Assembly (NCBI GenBank): GCA_003284375.1
Contig: QBVL01000002.1
Location: forward strand, 32,821-96,820
Length of the DNA stretch: 64,000 nucleotides
Reading direction: 5' to 3'
Source: Prochlorococcus sp. AG-311-J23
Lineage (GTDB): Bacteria; Cyanobacteriota; Cyanobacteriia; PCC-6307; Cyanobiaceae
Translations under genes and position numbers: made by a program
Shown here: in pieces, positions 20,823 to 32,222 of the stretch
Layout of the letters: each line of letters begins with the position of its first letter
Numbering within the stretch: the stretch's first letter is position 1
Notes under the pieces: model-generated
Seen by the model: the letters and a program-made list of their open reading frames with translations, nothing else
The model's database searches: none
What the model was told of the DNA's origin: nothing

Positions 20823-21563
20823 CTATATCCAAATAGAAAGAAGGCTTATAAGACCTATAGTTAACAAAATTACTCCACTAATTGGTGGAACCCATTTCCC
20901 AATAGGTCGTAAAGATAATAATTTTGGGATACTTGCTGCAAAGGTACCTGCTACAAATAAAGGCACAATTTGTCCAATCGCAAAACTTCCAAGAAAAATT
21001 GTGCCACTAAGAGGATTTCCTTGTTTAGCAACCCAGGCTAGAAGAACTGCAAGAACAGGAGTAGTGCAAGGCGATGAGGCTAATCCAAAAGCAAAACCTG
21101 CTGAAACTGGTGCGAATGTAGGAGGAACTTGATTTTTCCAAATATCAGGGTTAGGACCAGATGGAAGTGAGAATTTAAAAATCCCAAGCAGATTAAGACC
21201 CATAATTATTGCTAGAAAACTAATGAATATTGAAAAGAATCCTGGTAATTGACCATAAATTTTACCTAAAAAACCGCTTAGACTTCCTAACACCACTAGT
21301 GATATAACTATACCGCTGCAAAAACTAATCGTTTTTTGTAATGGGTTTTGGTTGTTTTTAAATCCAGCTAAATATGCAACTGTTATTGGTAAAAGTGACA
21401 ATGAACAGGGACCCAAGCTAGTCAAAAGTCCTCCCGTAAAAACTATCAGAATTGTTATGGGGGTTGGGTTATTGAGGCCATTGTTAACTAACTGCTCGCC
21501 ATGACGAGCCAAATCAGAGAAGATTAAACTGATAGAAGAAATGTTCAAAAAGAGAGTTGTCAC
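20823..21563 (-). CDS. ccdA: Cytochrome c biogenesis protein CcdA
   Basis: GLLTSLGPCSLSLLP and SPCTTPVL cysteine motifs. Confidence 0.93.
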   Translation of the reverse strand: MTTLFLNISSISLIFSDLARHGEQLVNNGLNNPTPITILIVFTGGLLTSLGPCSLSLLPITVAYLAGFKNNQNPLQKTISFCSGIVISLVVLGSLSGFLGKIYGQLPGFFSIFISFLAIIMGLNLLGIFKFSLPSGPNPDIWKNQVPPTFAPVSAGFAFGLASSPCTTPVLAVLLAWVAKQGNPLSGTIFLGSFAIGQIVPLFVAGTFAASIPKLLSLRPIGKWVPPISGVILLTIGLISLLSIWI

Positions 21564-21582
21564 TCTAAGTCCTTGCTCCAGA

Positions 21583-22815
21583 TTATCTAGTTAGAAGTTT
21601 ATTTGAGGCATTTTTAATTAATAACTCTGATGATTCAATAGAGGATCTTACTAATAGGGCAGCTATTAATAAGCTTGAAATCAATGAGTTTCCCCCATAG
21701 CTAATCATAGGGAAGGGAAGACCAGTTGTAGGCATTGCTCCTGATGAAACTGCTATGTGCATAATTGATTGACCTACGAGAATAGTACCTGATCCCATAG
21801 AGATTAGTTTAGAATAATTGTTTCTACAATTAAGAGATATCTTCAGTGTTAAATATGCAACTACAAGCAGAAATAATAAAAGTAAAATTGATCCAAAGAA
21901 TCCAAATTCTTCAGCAAAAACAGCAAATATAAAATCAGTACTCCTGTAGGGTAAGTATTGTAATTTTTGCATTGAAAGACCATAACCTTCTCCAAATAGA
22001 CCACCTGAACCGATAGCATAAAGACTCTGTATTAATTGATATCCACTTCCTTGTGGATCTTTCCAAGGGTCGATAAACGACATGACGCGACTTTGTTGAT
22101 AGGCATTAAAAAAAATGCTTGTTGCACCAATTAAAAAGCCGGATATAGCCGTGTTAAAAAGATATCTGAAGTTAATACCTGATGCTAATGCAATCATCCA
22201 AAGTAATATCCCTATTAATGCAGCTGTACTTAAGTTTGGCTGCTTTATAATTAATAAAATAATAGATGCAAAAATAGTTAACCAAAAAATTTTTTTTTCT
22301 GAATTTATTCTTTCCCATTGACCAAAAAGCTTTGCACTTTGGAGAATGATGAAAGGTTTGATTAACTCAGATGGTTGAATTTGAACTGGTCCGATAATCA
22401 ACCATCTAGTAGACCCATTAACGGTGCTACCGAAAAAGCTTGTTGATGCTATCAGGACCATACCTATAAAAAGGCATGGTCCTGATAGTTTAAGCCAATT
22501 TTTTAGATTGATATTTATTGCTAGGTAGAAAATACTCCAACTAGCGATCAGCCAAATGAGTTGTCTTTTTATGTAATAAGCACCTTCACCCATTTCTCTA
22601 ATAGCTACCCACCAACTAGCTGATCCAAGAATAAATATTCCCGATATGCTCCAAAAAGCAATTAATCCCATGATCAAACGCCCTTCCTTAGGCCAAAAAG
22701 ACCAAGGCAATGGAAGTATCTTGTTGCTTAACAAATTACCTAGATAATTTTTTGATTCATAAGTATTTTTTCTTCTAGGTTTTGAATGAATTTTTTTATT
22801 AGAAATATTACTCAA
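21583..22815 (-). CDS. ftsW: Cell division protein FtsW (SEDS family)
   Basis: NGSTRWL, IQPSELIK, GYQLIQS, TDFIFAV, LPFPMISYGG. Confidence 0.92.
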   Translation of the reverse strand: MSNISNKKIHSKPRRKNTYESKNYLGNLLSNKILPLPWSFWPKEGRLIMGLIAFWSISGIFILGSASWWVAIREMGEGAYYIKRQLIWLIASWSIFYLAININLKNWLKLSGPCLFIGMVLIASTSFFGSTVNGSTRWLIIGPVQIQPSELIKPFIILQSAKLFGQWERINSEKKIFWLTIFASIILLIIKQPNLSTAALIGILLWMIALASGINFRYLFNTAISGFLIGATSIFFNAYQQSRVMSFIDPWKDPQGSGYQLIQSLYAIGSGGLFGEGYGLSMQKLQYLPYRSTDFIFAVFAEEFGFFGSILLLLFLLVVAYLTLKISLNCRNNYSKLISMGSGTILVGQSIMHIAVSSGAMPTTGLPFPMISYGGNSLISSLLIAALLVRSSIESSELLIKNASNKLLTR

Positions 22816-23239
22816 AGGATCTTTTGCTTATAAACCATTGAGCCGCTTAATTGCCATCTTGCCAAGTCTTTAAATGTAGTTAATTTACTTTTTTATGGAA
22901 TTTTGGAAAATTCAAGAAGATTTTTATTATTTCAAATTTAATTGTTAGTTTTTAGAGACAAAACAAAAAAATAGATGAATTCCTAATTATTAAATGTCAT
23001 ATGATCAGCATTAAAATTTTAAATAGATTATCTATTTATTTGCATTGTATAACTAAAAATTGTACTTAAAATTCTTTCTCAGTTATAAAATTAACCAACT
23101 TTTCAATTTCATTGATAAAATTTTCTTTGTTTTGATGCAAGTCTCGTGATAGATTCCGCGGGCCTTTGCAGAGAGCTTAGGTGTCTTGATCTTAAACAAC
23201 TCTCACTATCACTGATGAACTCCAATAAGAGGAATTTTT

Positions 23240-23659
23240 GTGGCATCTGAGACTGTTGAAAATTGCTCAAGTCATGATCCTCTTCTGGATTTTGATTCAT
23301 CGGATTCATCGTCCGGAGTCAAATCAGACGAATATCTTGAACTTCAATTTCGAGTATTCCGTCTGGCTTTTTTATTGACTATTTTTTCTGTTGGCATAGC
23401 AGGTTTCTTTTGGGGAATCCAGGTTGGCGCAAGCCTATTTATTGGTGCTCTATCAGGAATTTTTTATTTTCGCTTGCTTGCTCGCGGAATTGGAAGGTTA
23501 GGTACTTCATCAAAAATCGTCGGTAAAGTCCAGTTGTTAGTTCCGGTTCTTTTGGTTTTGGTATCTTCTAGATTTCCTCAACTTGATTTGATTCCGGCTT
23601 TACTAGGATTTTTGCTTTATAAACCAGCGTTAATTATTCAGTTTCTATCTAGGCCATAG
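23240..23659 (+). CDS. atp1: ATP synthase protein I (Atp1)
   Basis: Small hydrophobic ORF first in the atp operon; ends GFLLYKPAL. Confidence 0.88.
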   Translation: MASETVENCSSHDPLLDFDSSDSSSGVKSDEYLELQFRVFRLAFLLTIFSVGIAGFFWGIQVGASLFIGALSGIFYFRLLARGIGRLGTSSKIVGKVQLLVPVLLVLVSSRFPQLDLIPALLGFLLYKPALIIQFLSRP

Positions 23660-23734
23660 GGCTTCTTTAGAAATTAAATTTTTAAGTTTTGTTTGTTTGG
23701 CTTTTATTTTCTACGCAACCTAAACTTCCAGATA

Positions 23735-24460
23735 ATGGGTTTTTTGCCATTTGTTCTTCCTTTCGCTGAATTAGAAGTTGGTCAACAACTCTATTGGCAA
23801 ATTGGAAATTTTAGAATTCACGGCCAAGTCTTTATGACTTCATGGCTTCTCATAGGCGCTTTGCTTGCCTTAGTGGTCATTGGAACTAAAAAAATGGAAC
23901 GTGATCCAAGGGGTGTTCAGAACCTTTTGGAATTTCTTTGGGATTACATACGTGATCTTGCAAGAACACAAATTGGTGAAAAGGTTTATAGAGATTGGAT
24001 GCCTTTCATCGGGACCCTCTTTCTGTTCATTTTTGTGAGCAATTGGGGCGGGGCATTGGTTCCATGGAAGCTGATCAAACTCCCAAGTGGTGAGCTTGGG
24101 GCTCCTACAGCTGACATAAATACAACTGTTGCTTTAGCACTACTGGTATCTCTCTCATATTTCTATGCGGGTTTGAGCAATAAAGGTTTGCGTTACTTCG
24201 AGTACTACGTACACCCAACGCCAATAATGCTCCCATTCAAAATTGTAGAAGATTTTACGAAGCCTTTATCTCTCTCTTTCCGTTTATTTGGAAACATTTT
24301 GGCAGATGAACTTGTTGTAGCGGTACTTGTCTTTTTAGTACCACTTGTTCTTCCAGTTCCTGTTATGTTTCTAGGCTTGTTTACTAGTGCTATTCAAGCT
24401 CTGATTTTTGCAACTCTTGCTGCTTATTACATCGGGGAAGCAGTTGAAGAGCATCATTAA
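23735..24460 (+). CDS. atpB: ATP synthase F0 subunit a (cyanobacterial atpI)
   Basis: [33 protein letters not shown]; ATG 23735 preferred. Confidence 0.98.
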   Translation: MGFLPFVLPFAELEVGQQLYWQIGNFRIHGQVFMTSWLLIGALLALVVIGTKKMERDPRGVQNLLEFLWDYIRDLARTQIGEKVYRDWMPFIGTLFLFIFVSNWGGALVPWKLIKLPSGELGAPTADINTTVALALLVSLSYFYAGLSNKGLRYFEYYVHPTPIMLPFKIVEDFTKPLSLSFRLFGNILADELVVAVLVFLVPLVLPVPVMFLGLFTSAIQALIFATLAAYYIGEAVEEHH

Positions 24461-24502
24461 TCATAATTTTTTGCTAATGAAATAACTTTTCATTGGCAAA
24501 TT

Positions 24503-24569
24503 ACTTGCTTTAAGGTCTGAAATTCTTTCAGAATCATCTCAAGAACTATGAGATGCACCCCTCGCAGGT
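24503..24569 (+). ncRNA. ATPC RNA motif (cis element between the subunit a and c genes)
   Basis: Junction with hairpins TCTGAAA-ttc-TTTCAGA and CATCTCA-agaacta-TGAGATG closed by GGT/ACC and ACTTGC/GCAGGT; location matches the known cyanobacterial ATPC motif. Confidence 0.75.
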
Positions 24570-24624
24570 ATAAACTCCCGTTCACAACTCTTAAGCGTTT
24601 TAAGCGCTACACATCTTTAGCTGA

Positions 24625-24876
<252 letters not shown>

Positions 24877-25004
24877 ATATTTCAAATAGGCTGTCTGATT
24901 AAATCAATTTATTTGGTTGACTTTCAGCCTCAGATTTTGAAAACTCTCCTAGCAAATTTCAATTGCCGTTATTCGGCCCGCTTAAATTCTTGCACCCCTA
25001 GCTA

Positions 25005-25466
25005 ATGCCAACTTTGTTTTTGTTTGGTGCCTCTGAGGGAGGTCTATTTGACTTTGATGCAACTCTTCCGCTAATGGCGGTCCAAGTTGTATTACTTACA
25101 TTCATCCTTAATGCTCTTTTTTTCAAGCCTGTTGGACGGGTTGTTGAAGAAAGAGAGGATTATGTGAATACAAGTCGCTCAGAGGCAAAAAAGAAAATTG
25201 CCGAGGTTGAATTACTAGAGGCTGAATTAAAAGATCAGCTCAAAGAAGCTCGACTTGCTGCTCAAAAAGTGATTCTTGAGGCAGAAGTAGATTCAGACAA
25301 TCTTTACAAAGAAGCTCTTGCTCTGGCTAATGCAGATGCAAACGCTTCAAGAGAGAAAGCAAGACGTGAGATTGATTCACAGAGAAATGATGCTCTTAAT
25401 CAACTTAAAAGCGAGGCTGATAATCTCGGTAATTTGATTGTTGAAAGATTATTGGCAAAAAAATGA
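25005..25466 (+). CDS. atpF2: ATP synthase F0 subunit b' (cyanobacterial atpG)
   Basis: [15 protein letters not shown]-terminus, coiled-coil body. Confidence 0.95.
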   Translation: MPTLFLFGASEGGLFDFDATLPLMAVQVVLLTFILNALFFKPVGRVVEEREDYVNTSRSEAKKKIAEVELLEAELKDQLKEARLAAQKVILEAEVDSDNLYKEALALANADANASREKARREIDSQRNDALNQLKSEADNLGNLIVERLLAKK

Positions 25467-25975
25467 CTCTTTTTACTTTCGCTTCCGAAGGCTTTGGCCT
25501 TAATTTAGATCTCTTTGAGACCAATATTATCAACTTGGCTGTTGTTATTTTTGGTCTGTATAAGTTCTTGCCAGGTTTTTTAGGAAAAATTCTTGAAAAG
25601 CGAAGAACCACCATACTTACTGACTTGAAAGATGCAGAAGAGCGCTTGAGTCAGGCAAAAAATTCTCTTTCAAAAGCAAAAGATGAACTTGCCTCTGCTA
25701 AGGAAAAAGCTGACAAAATCAGAAACGATTGCAAAGCTAGAGCAGAAGCAATTCGTCTAGAGAGTGAAAAAAGGACTGTTGAGGAAATGGCAAGAATTAA
25801 ACAAGGTGCTGCCTCTGACTTAACTGCTGAAGCCGCAAGAGTTACTGCGCAATTAAGAAAAGAGGCTGCTGAACTTGCCATTGAAAAAGCATTAGCAATT
25901 CTTCCGAAAAAGTTAGATTCAAGCACTCAAGATAATTTTCTCAAACAGTCCATAAAAAATATTGGAGATAGCTAA
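25463..25975 (+). CDS. atpF: ATP synthase F0 subunit b
   Basis: [15 protein letters not shown], coiled coil. Confidence 0.95.
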   Translation: MTLFTFASEGFGLNLDLFETNIINLAVVIFGLYKFLPGFLGKILEKRRTTILTDLKDAEERLSQAKNSLSKAKDELASAKEKADKIRNDCKARAEAIRLESEKRTVEEMARIKQGAASDLTAEAARVTAQLRKEAAELAIEKALAILPKKLDSSTQDNFLKQSIKNIGDS

Positions 25976-26523
25976 TGCCATTACTAAATACAATTACCAC
26001 TCCTTATGCTGAAGCTTTCCTTCAAGTTGCTGAAAGCCGTAATGAAGTAGACGAAGTTGTTACCCAAGCGAAGTCTATTTTGGAACTTTGGAATTCTTGC
26101 CCTGAATTTAGTGATGCTATGGCCTCGCCAGTTTTAGAGGTCAATCAAAAGAAAGCGGCTTTAGAAAAGCTTTTTTCTAGTCAGGTTACCCCTTCTTTCT
26201 TAAATCTCCTAAAGCTTTTGGCAGATCGCCAGAGGATTGGATTGTTGAATTCCGTTCTTGAAAGATTATTGGAAATCTACAGAGAACAAAGAAATATTGC
26301 TTTAGCAACAATTACTTCGGCTTCAGCTCTCAATGAAGATCAACAATCTGAGCTACTTAAGAAAGTACAATCAATAGCTGGTACAGACAATTTGGAAATC
26401 GATCTTAAAGTCGACTCTGAATTATTAGGTGGCTTTGTGGTCAATGTTGGATCAAAGGTCATTGATGCCAGCATCGCTGGTCAAGTCAGACGACTTGGTC
26501 TTGCCTTAGCCAAGGTCAGCTAG
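25975..26523 (+). CDS. atpH: ATP synthase F1 subunit delta (cyanobacterial atpD)
   Basis: PYAEAF, LLGGFVVNVGSKVIDAS. Confidence 0.96.
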   Translation: MPLLNTITTPYAEAFLQVAESRNEVDEVVTQAKSILELWNSCPEFSDAMASPVLEVNQKKAALEKLFSSQVTPSFLNLLKLLADRQRIGLLNSVLERLLEIYREQRNIALATITSASALNEDQQSELLKKVQSIAGTDNLEIDLKVDSELLGGFVVNVGSKVIDASIAGQVRRLGLALAKVS

Positions 26524-26536
26524 AGACTCTACTGAC

Positions 26537-26556
26537 TTCCTTCCTTCCTTCCTTCC
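26537..26556 (+). repeat. (TTCC)5 simple repeat in the pyrimidine-rich atpA leader
   Basis: ttccttccttccttccttcc seen directly. Confidence 0.9.
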
Positions 26557-26589
26557 TCCCTCTCATCTTCTCCCATTTAAGTTAATCCC

Positions 26590-28104
26590 ATGGTTTCTAT
26601 TCGTCCCGACGAGATCAGTTCTATCCTTAAAGAGCAGATTGCTGATTATGACAAGTCTGTATCTGTTAGCAATGTAGGTACTGTTTTACAAATTGGTGAT
26701 GGTATCGCGAGAGTTTATGGCCTTGAACAGGTCATGGCAGGTGAACTAGTTGAATTTGAAGATGGAACTGAAGGGATTGCTTTAAACCTTGAAGATGACA
26801 ATGTTGGCGTTGTTTTAATGGGTGAAGCTTTAGGAGTACAAGAAGGAAGCACAGTTAAAGCGACTGGCAAGATTGCTTCAGTCCCAGTTGGTGAGGCAAT
26901 GCTAGGAAGAGTTGTTAATCCTCTTGGACTGCAAATTGATGGAAAAGGGGAAATGGCTACAACTGACTCAAGATTAATTGAGTCAATAGCTCCTGGAATT
27001 ATTAAGAGAAAGTCTGTACATGAGCCTATGCAAACTGGCATCACATCTATTGATGCGATGATCCCTATTGGAAGAGGTCAAAGAGAGTTGATTATTGGAG
27101 ATCGTCAAACAGGTAAAACTGCAATAGCAATTGATACAATCATCAATCAAAAAGGTCAGGATGTTGTTTGTGTTTACGTGGCTATCGGACAAAAACAAGC
27201 ATCAGTAGCAAATGTTGTTGAAGTTCTTAAAGAAAAAGGAGCTTTGGATTATACGATTATCGTTAATGCAGGAGCTTCTGAAGCTGCGGCTTTGCAATAT
27301 CTAGCACCTTATACAGGTGCTGCAATTGCTGAACATTTCATGTATCAAGGCAAAGCGACACTTGTTATTTATGACGACTTAACAAAACAAGCTCAGGCAT
27401 ACAGACAAATGTCATTACTCTTACGTCGTCCACCAGGACGTGAAGCATATCCTGGAGATGTTTTTTATTGCCATAGTCGTTTGCTTGAGAGGGCTGCAAA
27501 ACTTTCTGATGCAATGGGTGCAGGATCAATGACCTCCTTGCCTATTATTGAAACCCAGGCCGGTGACGTTTCTGCATATATACCAACTAATGTGATTTCA
27601 ATTACTGATGGTCAGATTTTCTTGAGCTCAGATTTATTTAACTCTGGTTTAAGACCTGCTATTAACGTTGGTATATCCGTTAGTCGAGTAGGAGGAGCTG
27701 CACAAACAAAAGCTATTAAGAAAATTGCCGGTACCTTGAAACTTGAATTAGCTCAGTTTGATGAACTTGCGGCCTTCTCTCAATTTGCTTCAGATCTTGA
27801 TGAGGCTACACAAAAGCAATTAGGCAGAGGAAAAAGACTAAGAGAACTTCTTAAACAACCTCAGTTTGATCCCTTGAACTTGGCTGAGCAAGTAGCTATC
27901 GTTTATGCAGGTGTTAAAGGATTGATTGATGAGGTGCCTGAGGAAGAAGTGACAAAGTTTGCCCGTGAATTGCGTGATTATCTAAAAACAAATAAGGCTG
28001 ATTTCATTAAAAATATTCTCTCCGAAAAAGTCTTAAGTGAAGCATCTGAATCAATGCTTAAAGACGCTATTAATGAGGTTAAATCCTCCATGCTTGCGGC
28101 TTAA
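26590..28104 (+). CDS. atpA: ATP synthase F1 subunit alpha
   Basis: GDRQTGKT P-loop, [13 protein letters not shown]. Confidence 0.99.
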   Translation: MVSIRPDEISSILKEQIADYDKSVSVSNVGTVLQIGDGIARVYGLEQVMAGELVEFEDGTEGIALNLEDDNVGVVLMGEALGVQEGSTVKATGKIASVPVGEAMLGRVVNPLGLQIDGKGEMATTDSRLIESIAPGIIKRKSVHEPMQTGITSIDAMIPIGRGQRELIIGDRQTGKTAIAIDTIINQKGQDVVCVYVAIGQKQASVANVVEVLKEKGALDYTIIVNAGASEAAALQYLAPYTGAAIAEHFMYQGKATLVIYDDLTKQAQAYRQMSLLLRRPPGREAYPGDVFYCHSRLLERAAKLSDAMGAGSMTSLPIIETQAGDVSAYIPTNVISITDGQIFLSSDLFNSGLRPAINVGISVSRVGGAAQTKAIKKIAGTLKLELAQFDELAAFSQFASDLDEATQKQLGRGKRLRELLKQPQFDPLNLAEQVAIVYAGVKGLIDEVPEEEVTKFARELRDYLKTNKADFIKNILSEKVLSEASESMLKDAINEVKSSMLAA

Positions 28105-28136
28105 TTTTAAAGGCTATCTAAGAGAGACACTTACCT

Positions 28137-29087
28137 ATGGCTAATCTAAAAGACATAAGAGACAGAATTGTATCTGTCAAGAATACAAGGAAAATCACAG
28201 AAGCAATGAGACTTGTTGCTGCTGCGAAAGTTCGCAGAGCACAGGATCAGGTCTTGAGGAGCAGACCTTTTGCTGATCGATTGGCGAGGGTTTTAGAAAA
28301 TATTCAATCAAGAATGCAGTTTGAAGCTGCTGACTCTCCTCTGTTAAATAAGCGTGAAGTTAAGACAATTACTCTCCTAGCTGTCACCGGGGATAGAGGA
28401 TTATGTGGGGGATATAATGCAAATATAATCAAACGAACAGAGAAGCGCTATGCCGAATTAAAAGGTCAAGGGTATAGTCCTGATCTGGTTTTAATTGGTA
28501 AGAAAGCAATAGGATATTTCGAGAACAGATCTAGTCTTTACGATATAAGAGCTACCTTTAAAGATTTAGAGCAAGTTCCGACTTCTGAGGATGCTGCATC
28601 TATAACTAGTGAAGTATTAGCAGAATTTCTATCTGAAAGTACTGATCGAGTAGAAGTCATTTTTACTAAGTTTGTAAGTTTGGTTAGTTGTAATCCAACA
28701 ATACAAACTCTTCTACCTCTAGACCCTCAAGGTATAGCAGATTCAGAAGACGAAATTTTTAGATTAACTACAAAAGATAGCCAACTAATTATTGAGAAAG
28801 ATGCTGCTCCTTCTAACGAGGAGCCTAAATTACCATCGGATATTGTTTTTGAACAAAGTCCCGATCAGCTTTTGAATGCTCTTTTACCTCTTTATTTACA
28901 GAATCAATTACTACGAGCATTACAGGAGTCTGCTGCTTCAGAATTGGCGAGCAGAATGACTGCAATGAATAATGCTAGTGATAATGCTAAGGAATTGGCT
29001 AAAAACCTCACTATTGACTATAACAAGGCTCGACAAGCGGCGATTACGCAGGAAATTTTAGAAGTTGTCGGTGGAGCTGCAGCATAG
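28137..29087 (+). CDS. atpG: ATP synthase F1 subunit gamma (cyanobacterial atpC)
   Basis: [33 protein letters not shown]. Confidence 0.98.
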   Translation: MANLKDIRDRIVSVKNTRKITEAMRLVAAAKVRRAQDQVLRSRPFADRLARVLENIQSRMQFEAADSPLLNKREVKTITLLAVTGDRGLCGGYNANIIKRTEKRYAELKGQGYSPDLVLIGKKAIGYFENRSSLYDIRATFKDLEQVPTSEDAASITSEVLAEFLSESTDRVEVIFTKFVSLVSCNPTIQTLLPLDPQGIADSEDEIFRLTTKDSQLIIEKDAAPSNEEPKLPSDIVFEQSPDQLLNALLPLYLQNQLLRALQESAASELASRMTAMNNASDNAKELAKNLTIDYNKARQAAITQEILEVVGGAAA

Positions 29088-29140
29088 TTTCTTCTCTATC
29101 TCTGGCTTTACGAATTATCAAAGTTTAAGTAATTAATAAA

Positions 29141-29371
29141 GTGAATCTTGAATTTATAGAATTGGACCTTGATTGGCCTTTTGAGGTAAGTTTATTTGAC
29201 TTGAAAAATTATATTTTATCTAAGCTAATGGAATATGGTGAACCACTTAGGTGGGCCATTACTTCCGTGACTAATCATCCTGAAAGAAAAATCCAGATAA
29301 TATCGGTCGAAGTTGTGTTGATTGTTTCTCAAGATAAGGGTAAAAAAACTATTAATCCTGAATTGAATTGA
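29141..29371 (+). CDS. Conserved hypothetical protein
   Basis: GEPLRWAITS motif recalled from cyanobacterial small proteins at this locus. Confidence 0.7.
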   Translation: MNLEFIELDLDWPFEVSLFDLKNYILSKLMEYGEPLRWAITSVTNHPERKIQIISVEVVLIVSQDKGKKTINPELN

Positions 29372-29389
29372 ATTGAATTGAATTGAATT
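29360..29389 (+). repeat. (GAATT)6 pentanucleotide tandem repeat
   Basis: Six perfect GAATT units spanning the upstream stop codon and ending 4 bp before ATG 29394. Confidence 0.92.
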
Positions 29390-29393
29390 CTTT

Positions 29394-30530
29394 ATGACTA
29401 ACTCTGAACCTTTACCAACATTAATGATTATCCCAACTGGTATAGGGTGCAATGTCGGTGGATATGCAGGGGATGCAATCCCTGCTGCAAGATTATTGGC
29501 TTCTGCTAGTGAATGTTTAATAACGCATCCCAATGTTATGAATGGTGGATCTTTGTATTGGTCAGATACTTGTATCCACTATGTAGAAGGATATAGTTTA
29601 AATCTTTTTGCCTCTGGAGATGTGTTTCTAAAACCCGTAAGACAACAAAAAGTAGGTTTACTTTTAGATGCAGCTTTAGAGTCTGATTTAAAGAAAAGAC
29701 ATTTACAAGTTGCTGATGGCTGTGTGGCGAGCTTGGGGTTAGATATTGGTCCAGTAATTACTACTGAAAGAGCTATACGAATTAATCTTAAAAAAGGTTT
29801 AAGTGGCTCAAGTTGGGGAAATATAGAAGAACCAGATGTTCTTTTGAGAGGAGCTGAAAAACTTAAGAAAGCTGGTGCAACAGCAATTGCTGTAATAACT
29901 CGATTCCCTGATGAAAGCGAGGAACTAGAAACTAAACTTTATCGACAAGGTAAAGGTGTTGATATTATTGCGGGGGTCGAAGCCGTAATAAGTCATTTGC
30001 TCGTAAAACATTTATTGATTCCTTGTGCACATGCACCGGGGTTGCCCCCTTTTCCCATTGAATATGATCTTGATCCTAGGGCCTCGGGAGAGGAGATAGG
30101 ATATACATTTTTGCAAAGTGTTTTAGTTGGCCTTAGTCGTGCACCCGATTTGATTTGTAAGTCAGCTATGAAAACCAAAGAAAATACTTCTTTACAGGTG
30201 AAAACTTTATTAAGTAATAGGGATTTAGGAGCAGTTGTTGTGCCCCAGGGCGCATTAGGTGGCGAAGCAGTTTTGTCTTGTATTGAAAGATTTATTCCTT
30301 TGATAATAGTTTCTAATCAAGGAGTATTAAATGTTAATTCCACAAAGATGAGGCTAGATTACATAAGTGGTGATAAAAACAAGAATATTTTGTATGCTGA
30401 GAATTATGTAGAGGCTGCAGGACTAATAACAGCTTTACGTCACGGGATTAATATTAAGTCTCTGCGAAGACCAATTGATTGCTTAAAGGAAATGAAGGAC
30501 GAAAAAAGTAAGCTTAAGGATTTATCTTGA
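29394..30530 (+). CDS. DUF3326 family protein
   Basis: IPTGIGCNVGGYAGDA, LITHPNVMNG, EEIGYTFL. Confidence 0.88.
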   Translation: MTNSEPLPTLMIIPTGIGCNVGGYAGDAIPAARLLASASECLITHPNVMNGGSLYWSDTCIHYVEGYSLNLFASGDVFLKPVRQQKVGLLLDAALESDLKKRHLQVADGCVASLGLDIGPVITTERAIRINLKKGLSGSSWGNIEEPDVLLRGAEKLKKAGATAIAVITRFPDESEELETKLYRQGKGVDIIAGVEAVISHLLVKHLLIPCAHAPGLPPFPIEYDLDPRASGEEIGYTFLQSVLVGLSRAPDLICKSAMKTKENTSLQVKTLLSNRDLGAVVVPQGALGGEAVLSCIERFIPLIIVSNQGVLNVNSTKMRLDYISGDKNKNILYAENYVEAAGLITALRHGINIKSLRRPIDCLKEMKDEKSKLKDLS

Positions 30531-32222
30531 TGCTATTGGCTTTTTCCACCCACTTCCAAAAGCTTGATTGCTAATCTTCAATAAAGGAGGTGCTTGATAA
30601 CGTTTGAATTCGGCGTTCTTTAACAAGTTGGCTACTTTATGAACAATTTTTTTGTCAAATCCTTTTTCGATTAAAACTTTTATTGGTAAGTGCTGTTCAA
30701 TCAATCCTTTAAGTATTGGATCAAGAATGAAATAATCTGGCAAAGAGTCGCTATCTAATTGTTCTGGGCGTAATTCAGCACTGGGAGGCTTATTTCTTAT
30801 TTCAGAACCTATTATTTCTCCGGCATCAGGTAGAAAGAAATCATTTCTACAACTCGATGACGACTCAATATCTATCCAATTACATAGATCAAATACACTT
30901 GTTTTATAAAGGTCTCCAATTACAGATAAGCCTCCATTCATATCTCCATAGAGGGTGCAATATCCTACGGCAAGTTCTGATTTGTTTCCTGTAGAGAGAA
31001 GCAAATGATTTTTTTGATTTGCTAGAGCCATCAATATTGTACCTCTAATACGAGATTGTAGATTTTCAGCTGTGGTATCGGTTGGTATTCCCCCTGTTGA
31101 ATTGGATAAAACATCGTTAAAACTACTCATTACATTTGAAATCGGAATCTTTTGATGATTTATTCCAAGTCGATTAGCTAATCTCGTGGCATCTCTAATA
31201 GATCCTGCTGAACTCCATGGAGATGGCATTAAAATAGCATGAACTTTAGAGTTACCTAAAGCTGCTACTGCGATAAGGGCTACCAGAGCTGAGTCGATAC
31301 CACCACTTAATCCAACAACAGCACTATTGAAATTACATTTTCTTGCATAATCTTTAACTCCAAGGACTAAAGCTCTGAAAAGGACTTCTTGTGATATTGG
31401 ATATTTACTAGATATTGAAGGTTGTTGTTCAAGAGATGATATGTCAAAAAGACCAACTGACTCTTTGAAGGCAGGAAGTTCATGTTGTAATTTTCCTTTT
31501 TTATTAACAGCAAAACTAGAACCGTCAAAGATCAGCTCATCATTTCCTCCCACTTGATTGACATAGACCACCGGGCATGAAAGACGAGTAGCTGCTTTGG
31601 CGGCTATTCGTTGGCGTAATAAAGTTTTTGATTCAATAAATGGAGAAGCTGAGAGATTTATTAGTAAATCTAATTTTTCTTTTTCTAGGGATCTTATAGG
31701 ATCTTTTCCAAGGATCTTTTCCTTTTGTAGATTTTGCTCAACCCATATATCTTCACAAATAGTTATTCCGATCTTCCAAACTTTTTCTTGGTAATTAAAA
31801 TTTAAAACACTACTTTTTTCTGCCGAACGAAAATAACGTTTTTCATCAAACACATCGTACGTGGGAAGGAGTTGCTTCCTCGCTACGATTCTCCAAGTAC
31901 CCTTTTCCAAAATAACAACCGAATTATAGAGTTTAGGGACGTCTGTATCTGGAGTTGGTTCTGCGATACCAATTAATATAGAAAAGTTTTGACTTAGATT
32001 ATTTAATCTTTCGCTTAATTTGTTTAGGATATCTTTTTCGTCTTCATAAAGTTGTGGGTTAAATAATAAGTCTTTTGGAGGGTAGCCGATCAAAGAAAGC
32101 TCAGGTGTTATGACTAGATCCACCTCCTTGTTTTTTATCTCTTTGCAAACTTCAAATATTTTCTCGGCATTACCCTCGAGATCTCCGATGATTGGATTGA
32201 GTTGGGCTAATGCTAATTTCAT
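30522..32222 (-). CDS. nadE: Glutamine-dependent NAD+ synthetase
   Basis: N-terminal nitrilase domain (PELS, ICEDIW) plus GLSGGIDS and GNKSELAVGY. Confidence 0.96.
   Translation of the reverse strand: MKLALAQLNPIIGDLEGNAEKIFEVCKEIKNKEVDLVITPELSLIGYPPKDLLFNPQLYEDEKDILNKLSERLNNLSQNFSILIGIAEPTPDTDVPKLYNSVVILEKGTWRIVARKQLLPTYDVFDEKRYFRSAEKSSVLNFNYQEKVWKIGITICEDIWVEQNLQKEKILGKDPIRSLEKEKLDLLINLSASPFIESKTLLRQRIAAKAATRLSCPVVYVNQVGGNDELIFDGSSFAVNKKGKLQHELPAFKESVGLFDISSLEQQPSISSKYPISQEVLFRALVLGVKDYARKCNFNSAVVGLSGGIDSALVALIAVAALGNSKVHAILMPSPWSSAGSIRDATRLANRLGINHQKIPISNVMSSFNDVLSNSTGGIPTDTTAENLQSRIRGTILMALANQKNHLLLSTGNKSELAVGYCTLYGDMNGGLSVIGDLYKTSVFDLCNWIDIESSSSCRNDFFLPDAGEIIGSEIRNKPPSAELRPEQLDSDSLPDYFILDPILKGLIEQHLPIKVLIEKGFDKKIVHKVANLLKNAEFKRYQAPPLLKISNQAFGSGWKKPIASR

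Noticed and set aside
23109-23309. 66-aa minus-strand ORF overlapping the atp1 start
   Set aside because: Overlaps the atp promoter and atp1; no family features
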